Shown here: positions 1 to 6,765 of the stretch, one piece after another | How the letters are laid out: each line of letters begins with the position of its first letter | Numbering within the stretch: position 1 is the stretch's first letter | Assembly (NCBI GenBank): GCA_031409515.1 | Contig: JANNXJ010000051.1 | Coordinates: 25,068 to 49,067, forward strand | Length of the DNA: 24,000 nucleotides | From: Gammaproteobacteria bacterium | Lineage (GTDB): Bacteria > Pseudomonadota > Gammaproteobacteria > Steroidobacterales > GCA-2729495 | Reading direction: 5' to 3' | The notes under the pieces: generated by a model | The model's database searches: none | The model's input: the letters and a program-made list of their open reading frames with translations, nothing else | Told to the model about the DNA's origin: nothing | Translations under genes and position numbers: made by a program

Positions 1-1132
1 TGGCGTAGTTGCCAACACTGGCCAGTACGCGAGGGGTGACATCGGCCCTGACGGATTTCGGGTCCAGAAGCTTTCTCCCGCTCATTTCCTCTATGCACAG
101 TGCACAGCGACAGGCAAGCCGCAGATCCCGGACATCGAAGCGGTCCTCGCGACCGTCCTCCCACAACACGGCGAGCGTGCGCAGGTCTTGCCGGCGCAGG
201 CCTATGGGCCGGACACGGTTTCCCGCGGGCAGGGCCGCGCTTGCCACCCAGCCGGGTGCTCCCTCGTTGGAATCCCACCGCCAGGCAAAAGGCTTGAGCA
301 CTCCACCGCGCGCATTGTTCAGCTGCTCCTCCAGTTGCGCGGCCAGGGCCCCGTAGGCCCGGGCGGCAACGGACTCGGGTCTGGCAATGACGATGGGGCA
401 GCCTTCATCCCCGCCGGTCACGATCTCGGCATCGAGAGGTATCGCACCAAGGAACGGCACCTGCAGCTGCTGGCTCATGCGCTCACCGCCACCACGGCGA
501 AAGACGTCCGTGGTCTCTCCACAGTGTGCACAGGTGAAACCGCTCATGTTCTCAATCACGCCGAGGATGGGCACATGGACCCGCTCAAACATGCGCAGCC
601 CCCGGCGGGCAATCTTCAGACTGACGTCCTGGGGTGTCGTGACGATGACCGCCCCGGACAGGGGTACGCTCTGGGCCAGCGTCAGCTGGATGTCGCCAGT
701 CCCCGGGGGCAGATCCAGCAACAGGAAGTCGAGCGGACCCCACTGGGTAGCGCCGATGAACATCTTGAGGTATTTGCTGACCATAGGGCCGCGGAGGACC
801 GCCGGACTGTCGTCATCGGTGAGCATGGCCATCGACATGGTGCCGATGCCATACCGCTCCACAGGAAGCGCCTGCCCCCCCGGGGTCATCGCTGGGGGCT
901 GGCCAGTGGGGATGCCCAGCATCCCCGGGATGCTCGGTCCCAGAATATCGGCATCCACCAGCCCGACTCGCGCCCCCCGCTGCCGCAGAGCGAGGGCCAG
1001 GTTGACGCTGACCGTCGATTTACCGACACCACCCTTGCCACTGGCCACGGCGATGACGTGGCGGATACCCGGTAACTTCTCCCCTGATGCTCCCGGTTCG
1101 GCACTGGTGGGACCGGTACTTGTGTCTGCCAT
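1..1132 (-). CDS. apbC: Mrp/ApbC-family Fe-S cluster carrier ATPase with a C-terminal DUF971-like domain. The C-terminal end runs off the left edge of the window.
   Basis: This ORF is not in the supplied track because it has no stop inside the window. I translated the minus strand by hand from the ATG at 1132..1130. It gives MADTSTGPTSAEPGASGEKLPGIRHVIAVASGKGGVGKSTVSVNLALALRQRGARVGLVDADILGPSIPGMLG..., which carries the deviant Walker A of the Mrp/NBP35/ParA clade. Further on come LLLDLPPGTGD and the CxxC pair GFTCAHCGE. The tail reads ...VLWEDGREDRFDVRDLRLACRCALCIEEMSGRKLLDPKSVRADVTPRVLASVGNYA, which is a DUF971-type pattern. I saw no in-frame stop down to position 2. Confidence 0.9.
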   Translation of the reverse strand, partial: MADTSTGPTSAEPGASGEKLPGIRHVIAVASGKGGVGKSTVSVNLALALRQRGARVGLVDADILGPSIPGMLGIPTGQPPAMTPGGQALPVERYGIGTMSMAMLTDDDSPAVLRGPMVSKYLKMFIGATQWGPLDFLLLDLPPGTGDIQLTLAQSVPLSGAVIVTTPQDVSLKIARRGLRMFERVHVPILGVIENMSGFTCAHCGETTDVFRRGGGERMSQQLQVPFLGAIPLDAEIVTGGDEGCPIVIARPESVAARAYGALAAQLEEQLNNARGGVLKPFAWRWDSNEGAPGWVASAALPAGNRVRPIGLRRQDLRTLAVLWEDGREDRFDVRDLRLACRCALCIEEMSGRKLLDPKSVRADVTPRVLASVGNYA

Positions 1133-1227
1133 GAGAATTCTGCCTGCGGGAATTGGGACTGGTTCAGTACGATATTCGGCCGGTGAAGGGATCAGTGTCA
1201 AACCGTCCGGGAGCCGGGCCGACGGCA

Positions 1228-1255
1228 GCGGACTTCAATTATAGTGACAGTCCGC
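1228..1255. promoter_or_regulatory. Inverted repeat GCGGACT-N14-AGTCCGC bracketing a TATAGT -10-like hexamer. Candidate promoter and operator for the 1317-6765 operon.
   Basis: GCGGACT (1228-1234) and AGTCCGC (1249-1255) are perfect reverse complements. The AT-rich centre TCAATTATAGTGAC contains TATAGT (1240-1245). The site lies in the 172-185-bp divergent intergenic region between apbC and the DUF2845 gene. Confidence 0.35.
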
Positions 1256-1316
1256 GTCCTGCAGACTTGCCCATCGACGCGGGTAACGATGTGGCTGCAT
1301 CTTCATGAGGAATGAC

Positions 1317-1619
1317 ATGCGTAGTATCCCGGGTTATCTGCTGCTCAGCCTGGCCCTTGGAGCGCTCCTGCCCTCCCTGGCGGCCGCCGATGACAGCAAC
1401 ATGATGCCCGCCACGGGAACCGACAGCTTTCGATGTGGCAGTCACCTGGTCGAAAACGGGATGAGTCTGGCCAAGGTGCAGGAGTACTGCGGTACCCCTA
1501 CCCAGCAGACGTCGGATCGCTGGCTCTACGATCGGGGACCCGACCAGTTCCGGATCATTATCCACGTCCAGCCGGACAATACCGTGGGCATGATCGAGGA
1601 AGAGCAGCCGCAGCAATAG
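1317..1619 (+). CDS. Small secreted protein, DUF2845-like
   Basis: The ORF is open from the ATG at 1305. The second ATG at 1317 has a GAGGAA Shine-Dalgarno 4-5 nt upstream. The signal peptide is MRSIPGYLLLSLALGALLPSLAAA. The mature part contains C..G..V..GMS...V...CG.P......W.Y, the two-Cys pattern I associate with DUF2845. The stop lies 10 nt before the next gene. Confidence 0.65.
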   Translation: MRSIPGYLLLSLALGALLPSLAAADDSNMMPATGTDSFRCGSHLVENGMSLAKVQEYCGTPTQQTSDRWLYDRGPDQFRIIIHVQPDNTVGMIEEEQPQQ

Positions 1620-1629
1620 GCTCCGTTTC

Positions 1630-3003
1630 GTGGTCCTGAGCAGCCTGACCCAGTTCCACGAGAACCCCGTGGTGATCGCCTGGTGGCGTGCCCGCCTGGG
1701 CAGGGCGCTGACAGGCTTTACCCCGGCCCGCCGCCGCGCACTGCTCGCCGCAGGCGCTGTGGTTTTCGCCTTTACCCAGACGCTGCGCCTGCTGAAAAAG
1801 GCCGACGAACTACCGGTGCCCGGGGATCTGCTGGGCAAGGCCAGCGTCATCCTGGCGGGCTTCGGCATTCTGTGGCTGCTGTACCGGGCGGCCCTCGCCT
1901 ATCCCACCCTTCCCGCTGGCGTTCGCCGGTGGCCCCAACTGACGCTGCACCTGGCCTACTGGTTCGTCCTGGTGGTGCTCTGGAACACGGCCCCGACCGG
2001 GGGCTACTGGCGGGGCGTGCTGCTCGGGATAGCGGTCGTGTTTCCCTTTCTGATCTGGCGGTGCGGCTACCTGCTGCTCGCGGGTCAGCAGGGCCGTATG
2101 GGTGGCAGCCGCTTTACCGACCACCTCCTCTACCTCTGGCCGGTCTATGGCGGCTCCCAGACTCCCTACGGCAATGGCCATGGCTACCTGGCCCGTTGCG
2201 AGGCGAAAACGGACGAGCAACTCGCCAGATCCCAGCTCGCCGGCATCAAGCTGATCCTGCTGTCCTTCCTGTGGGGCGCTCTGGCCGACCTGATGGCAGC
2301 GGTGTACGGACCCGGCACTGAGCTGTCCCAGACCCTGGGCGTGCAGCCGGTCACGATCCCCAGACTGCAGGAGATGGTGAAAGGCCAGACTGCGGCGCCT
2401 CTCTGGGCTGCCTGGGCGAGCATCTACTGCGAACTTTTCTGGCAGGTGCTGCGCCATGCCGCCCGGGGCCACCAGATCATTGGCATTCTGCGGGTGTTCG
2501 GCTTCAACGTGTTTCGCAACACCTACAAGCCGCTGCTGGCCCAGTCCATCGTCGGGTTCTGGAATCGTTACTACTACTACTTCAAGGAACTCCTGGCGAC
2601 CTTCTTTTTCCTGCCAACGTTCACCAGCCTCGGCGCTGGACTCCGGAAATGGCCCGCCTTACGCTTGTTACTGGCGGTGTTTGCCGCAGCCTTTGTCGGC
2701 AACATGTACTACCACCTGCTCCAGAGAACCCCCCTGCTGGTCGGTGGCGAGGTCTTCGAGGCACTCTATGACCTGCGCTCCCGGTTCTTCTACTGTTTCC
2801 TGCTGGCAACAGGGATCTTTCTCTCGATGCGCCGGGAGCAGCGCCGATCACGGCAGGCCCTCGCCGCAGGGCCAGTGCAGTTAGTCCTGAACATACTCGG
2901 CGTGTGGACCTTCTTTGGCCTGATCAACATCTGGAACGTGCGCAGTGACGCGCCGTTTTTTGTCCGGGTAGAATTCTTCCTGGGTCTTTTCGGGCTCGCC
3001 TAG
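1630..3003 (+). CDS. Polytopic membrane protein, divergent MBOAT / DltB-like O-acyltransferase
   Basis: About 11-12 hydrophobic segments. The segment GFNVFRNTYKPLLAQSIVGFWNRYYYYF aligns without gaps to the MBOAT/DltB signature as I recall it (G....N..KP....I..FWNRWH.SLS). A His (VGNMYYHLL) sits 49 residues after the R of FWNR, the same spacing as the invariant WHG His in DltB as I recall that sequence. The start codon is GTG at 1630. There is no nearby ATG, so the start is uncertain (GTG at 1669 or 1672 are alternatives). Confidence 0.6.
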   Translation: MVLSSLTQFHENPVVIAWWRARLGRALTGFTPARRRALLAAGAVVFAFTQTLRLLKKADELPVPGDLLGKASVILAGFGILWLLYRAALAYPTLPAGVRRWPQLTLHLAYWFVLVVLWNTAPTGGYWRGVLLGIAVVFPFLIWRCGYLLLAGQQGRMGGSRFTDHLLYLWPVYGGSQTPYGNGHGYLARCEAKTDEQLARSQLAGIKLILLSFLWGALADLMAAVYGPGTELSQTLGVQPVTIPRLQEMVKGQTAAPLWAAWASIYCELFWQVLRHAARGHQIIGILRVFGFNVFRNTYKPLLAQSIVGFWNRYYYYFKELLATFFFLPTFTSLGAGLRKWPALRLLLAVFAAAFVGNMYYHLLQRTPLLVGGEVFEALYDLRSRFFYCFLLATGIFLSMRREQRRSRQALAAGPVQLVLNILGVWTFFGLINIWNVRSDAPFFVRVEFFLGLFGLA

Positions 3004-3027
3004 GCGGTTTCCAGGAAATTCAGAGCC

Positions 3028-4560
3028 ATGTTTCTTGATCTCAAGGTTGGTGCTCTGGCAGAGCCCATCAGCGGCCGGCACTGGGCTGGCACTGACATTC
3101 GCCGGGAAGTCGCTCGGCGGACGGCCCGCTTGCGGCGCCACGGACTGGCGGCCGGAGACCGGGTCTTCCTGCTGTTCGGCAATCGCCTGGAGTTCTTTGC
3201 TGAACTGCTCGCCATCTGGCGGCTCGGCGCCTGCGCCGTGCCCGTCGATGCGCGGCTTACGGCCTTTGAGGTCAACACACTGATCGGCGCTGCAAGGCCG
3301 CGGCTCGCGGTCGTTGACGACGCGACGGACTCAACGGTCCTGGCCGCGCTCACCACCGCTGGCATCCAGGCCGTCAACACCAGCGAGACGGGCAGCCAGG
3401 AGGTCACTGTCGGGCTGAGCCGCCTGGACGATGACGCACTGATCCTGTTCACCTCGGGCTCCACCGGGGCCCCAAAGGGCGTCATCCACACGCATCGCTC
3501 CCTGCGCGCCCGGTGGCTGTCACTGCACGATCACCTCGGCGTCACCGCCTTCTCCAGGACCCTCTGCCTGCTGCCCACCCACTTTGGCCACGGACTCATC
3601 TGTAACAGCCTCTTTCCCTGGCTGGCCGGCCAGGATCTCTACATCACACCACCCTTTCGGGCCGACATCCTCATGCGTCTCGGGGCACTGGTGGATGAAC
3701 ACCGGATCACCTTCATGTCTTCCGTGCCTTCCCTGTGGCGACTGGCCCTGAAGATGTCCCGGCCTCCCCAGGGCGGCACACTGCAGCGGATCCACTGCGG
3801 TTCGGCGCCCCTGTCGGCTGCGGTCTGGGAGGACATTCGCGCCTGGACCGGCACCCGCCAGGTGTGTAACGCCTACGGCATCACGGAGACGGGGAGCTGG
3901 GTCGCGGGGCTCAGCAATGCAGATACCCCGGCAGAGGACGGGCTGATCGGCGCCGGCTGGGGAGCCGTGATCAGGATCCTCAGCACAGCAGATACCTCAG
4001 CCCCCCTCGATGGCAGCCTCGAGTGCGCAGCTGGCGAAGCGGGCTTCGTCTGGCTGAATACTCCGGCGCTGATGAAGGGCTACTTTCAGCGCGACGACCT
4101 GACCCGGCAGGCGGTGGTGGATGGCTGGTTCCTGACGGGGGACATCGGCTGCCTCGATGACCGGGGCCGCCTCGTCCTCCGCGGCCGGGAGCGGGACGAA
4201 ATCAACCGGGGCGGGATGAAGATCTATCCCGGCGATGTGGATGCAGTCGTCGAACGGTTTCCCGGCGTGAACGACGTGTGCACGTTTGCCCTGGACGACG
4301 AGATGTATGGCCAGGCCGTCGGTATGGCCGTTGTACTGAATGCCCGGGATGATGAGACCATCCGTGCCCTGTATCGCTGGATGACAGAGCACCTGGCGGC
4401 CCACAAGATGCCGGGCCGCTGGTGGCTCGTGGACGAGATCCCCCGGACGACCCGGGGCAAGATCAATCGTGATCAGGTCAAGGCGGCGTGCATTAACGAG
4501 CCATCACTGGACCTGATTCGCATCCTAGGTGCCAGCCGGAACCCGGCGGGAAACTCATGA
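3028..4560 (+). CDS. Class I adenylate-forming enzyme (AMP-dependent ligase, functional analogue of DltA)
   Basis: The ANL-superfamily core motifs are all present: LILFTSGSTGAPKGVIHTH (A3), NAYGITETG (A5), WFLTGDIG (A7), GRERDEINRGGMKIYPGDVD (A8) and PRTTRGKINR (A10 Lys). Its stop TGA overlaps the ATG of the carrier-protein gene (ATGA at 4557-4560). Confidence 0.9.
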   Translation: MFLDLKVGALAEPISGRHWAGTDIRREVARRTARLRRHGLAAGDRVFLLFGNRLEFFAELLAIWRLGACAVPVDARLTAFEVNTLIGAARPRLAVVDDATDSTVLAALTTAGIQAVNTSETGSQEVTVGLSRLDDDALILFTSGSTGAPKGVIHTHRSLRARWLSLHDHLGVTAFSRTLCLLPTHFGHGLICNSLFPWLAGQDLYITPPFRADILMRLGALVDEHRITFMSSVPSLWRLALKMSRPPQGGTLQRIHCGSAPLSAAVWEDIRAWTGTRQVCNAYGITETGSWVAGLSNADTPAEDGLIGAGWGAVIRILSTADTSAPLDGSLECAAGEAGFVWLNTPALMKGYFQRDDLTRQAVVDGWFLTGDIGCLDDRGRLVLRGRERDEINRGGMKIYPGDVDAVVERFPGVNDVCTFALDDEMYGQAVGMAVVLNARDDETIRALYRWMTEHLAAHKMPGRWWLVDEIPRTTRGKINRDQVKAACINEPSLDLIRILGASRNPAGNS

Positions 4561-4835
4561 CCGCGACCCGGGAGCAGCGCCTGGCGCACCTGCAGACCTT
4601 TCTTCGCAGCATCCAGAAGCCCGGCAAACCTCTGGGCAGCGTCGGCATTGATGACAACCTGGTGGACTCAGGCCTCATCGACTCCCTGGCCATCGTCCAG
4701 ATCGTGGCCTACCTCGAGGAGACTTACGGGCTGGACTTCGCCGCACGGGGCGTAGATCCGGAAACCCTGGCGTCGATGGGGAGCATTCTGGCCCTGATAG
4801 ACGCGGCCGGCGCGACCTCTGTAACGCAGTCCTAG
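4557..4835 (+). CDS. Phosphopantetheine-binding carrier protein, DltC-like
   Basis: 92 aa. The motif LVDSGLIDSLAIVQIVAYLEETYG contains the G-L-(I/L)-D-S-(L/F) pantetheinylation Ser context that resembles D-alanyl carrier protein DltC (EEGLLDSFGTVELL). The gene is translationally coupled to the ligase gene. Confidence 0.85.
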   Translation: MTATREQRLAHLQTFLRSIQKPGKPLGSVGIDDNLVDSGLIDSLAIVQIVAYLEETYGLDFAARGVDPETLASMGSILALIDAAGATSVTQS

Positions 4836-4851
4836 CCAGGGATTCCTGCTC

Positions 4852-6765
4852 ATGCTCATCGCCCGCTGGGGCTTCATTCTGCGGCGCCTGGGCCTCGTGA
4901 TGCTTCTCTACAGCATCCTGCGCTGCCTGTTTCTGGTCTTCAACCAGGTGCTGTACACCCAGGCATCAGGCGCGGAGATCGCCCGGGCATTTCTCTATGG
5001 CCTCCGGTTTGACGTCTCGGCGACGGTTGCCACCAATGCGATTTTTCTGCTTCTGTGCCTGGTGCCCCGGCAAGAGCCTATGGGAGCCGGGTATCTGCGC
5101 TTACTGAAGACCCTGTTCCTGGCCCTGAACATTCCGTTTCTGCTGATCAGCGCCATTGACCTGGAGTACTTCAGTTTCAACGGCAGGCGCTCGACCCTGG
5201 ACCTGCTCAGCCTGGCGGGGGACGCGGGCGTCAAGTGGCTGGGGCTGATTACCACGTACTGGCCCGTGCTCCTGATCAGCACGGCGCTCAGTGCCGCACT
5301 GTGGCTCTTCTACGGCCAAACCCCTGCAACCGCCAACACCCCCGCTCCGCGGCCCCGGCTTGGCGTAGCCACCTGGGCCCTGAACCTCATCGTTGGTATC
5401 GCACTTGCCGTCGTGGCGATCCGCGGTGGCCTCCAGTCAAAGCCCATCAGCTCCGCGGATGCCGCTTCCCTGGGACGAAGCGAACTGGCGCAGCTGGCAC
5501 TCAACTCTTCACTGACCGTGATCAAGAGCTACAAGAAATCGCCACTCAAGCGTTACAAGTATGTGGAACCGGCTGCCCTGCTGCCCTACCTCCGTAAACA
5601 GATCGACGGCCGGAAACTGATCCCGGATGTCCCGCGGGCCGACAACATCGTCATCCTGATTCTGGAGAGCTTCTCAGCAGAGTACTGGGGTGCCGGCAAC
5701 GGCGGTGGACGCTACACCCCATTTCTTGACGCTCTGGCCAGTCAGTCCCTGTTCCTGCCTCAGCACTACGCGAATGGCCGCCGATCCCGGGATGCGGTGC
5801 CCGCCATACTGGCCGGAATGCCGGCCCTGATGACTGATTCGATGCTCGATTCACTCTATGCCGCCAACGACATTGTCGGCCTGGGGACTTTGCTCGCGCC
5901 ACGGGGCTACACCACGAGTTTCTTTCACGGCGCGACGACGGGCACCATGCACTTCGATACGTTCACGCGGATTGCCGGCATCAACCACTACCTTGGGCTG
6001 GAAGACTATCCGGACCCGAAGGATTTCGACGGGCGCTGGGGAGTCTTCGACGAGCCCTATCTGCAATACGTGTCCCGGGAACTGAGCCAGCAGAAACCGC
6101 CCTTCGCCGCCGTCATCTTTACGGTGACCTCGCACAATCCCTACCCCATCCCTAAAAAGTATCGGGGCAGGTTCAGCAAGGGCACCCTCCCGATTCACGA
6201 GACGATCGGCTACACGGACCATGCCCTGGAACAGTTTTTCGCCACGGCGAGCCGGCAGCCCTGGTTCGCCAACACGCTCTTCATCATTACCGGCGACCAT
6301 ACCGAGACGCTGGAAACGCCGGACTACGTGAACGCACTGGGCCAGTACCGCGTGCCGCTGCTGGTTTACAAACCGGGAGTCACGTTTTCAGGGGTCGACC
6401 CCCGTCGGGTGACCGAGCACGCGGATATCCTGCCGTCGGTGCTCGATTATCTGGGGATCGAGCCCGGGCGCCGCCTGCTCTTTGGCAAGTCGATTTTTCG
6501 CGCCGGAGAAGGCCGCGCGTTCCTGAATGCCAATGGCCACTACTGGCTGGTCCGCGGTGACGATGCCCTGGAGTTCGTGCCGGGCAGCCTGAGTCAGACG
6601 TTCCGTCTCGACACAGACCGGCAGCTGAAGGCGCCCAGCACGGACCAGACCCCCCGCCGGGCGGAACTGGAACTGGAGGCCAAGGCACTCATCCAGTACT
6701 ACAACGACGGCGTCCTGGACAACCGGCTCTACGACACGGGCCTGGCGACGCCTCAGGCCCCCTGA
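4852..6765 (+). CDS. LtaS-family (LTA synthase / phosphoglycerol transferase) membrane-anchored alkaline-phosphatase-superfamily enzyme
   Basis: An N-terminal multi-TM region (about 5 helices) is followed by an extracytoplasmic sulfatase-fold domain. The domain carries NIVILILESFSAEYWG (metal-binding Glu), FFHGATTGTMHFD (Thr nucleophile region), TVTSHNPYP and FIITGDHTE (Asp/His metal ligands). These are all hallmarks of LtaS/OpgB-type enzymes. Confidence 0.85.
   Translation: MLIARWGFILRRLGLVMLLYSILRCLFLVFNQVLYTQASGAEIARAFLYGLRFDVSATVATNAIFLLLCLVPRQEPMGAGYLRLLKTLFLALNIPFLLISAIDLEYFSFNGRRSTLDLLSLAGDAGVKWLGLITTYWPVLLISTALSAALWLFYGQTPATANTPAPRPRLGVATWALNLIVGIALAVVAIRGGLQSKPISSADAASLGRSELAQLALNSSLTVIKSYKKSPLKRYKYVEPAALLPYLRKQIDGRKLIPDVPRADNIVILILESFSAEYWGAGNGGGRYTPFLDALASQSLFLPQHYANGRRSRDAVPAILAGMPALMTDSMLDSLYAANDIVGLGTLLAPRGYTTSFFHGATTGTMHFDTFTRIAGINHYLGLEDYPDPKDFDGRWGVFDEPYLQYVSRELSQQKPPFAAVIFTVTSHNPYPIPKKYRGRFSKGTLPIHETIGYTDHALEQFFATASRQPWFANTLFIITGDHTETLETPDYVNALGQYRVPLLVYKPGVTFSGVDPRRVTEHADILPSVLDYLGIEPGRRLLFGKSIFRAGEGRAFLNANGHYWLVRGDDALEFVPGSLSQTFRLDTDRQLKAPSTDQTPRRAELELEAKALIQYYNDGVLDNRLYDTGLATPQAP

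Noticed and set aside
188-1244. Long plus-strand ORFs (188-1075, 295 aa; 387-1244, 285 aa)
   Set aside because: They are antisense to the clearly homologous Mrp/ApbC gene. Their translations are Arg/Pro/Gly-rich and carry no motifs. Such ORFs are typical spurious open frames in GC-rich DNA.
2569-2580. TAC x4 trinucleotide run as a phase-variation microsatellite
   Set aside because: There are only four units, and slippage of a trinucleotide repeat stays in frame. That is too short to act as a contingency locus. It is better read as encoding the Tyr tetrad.
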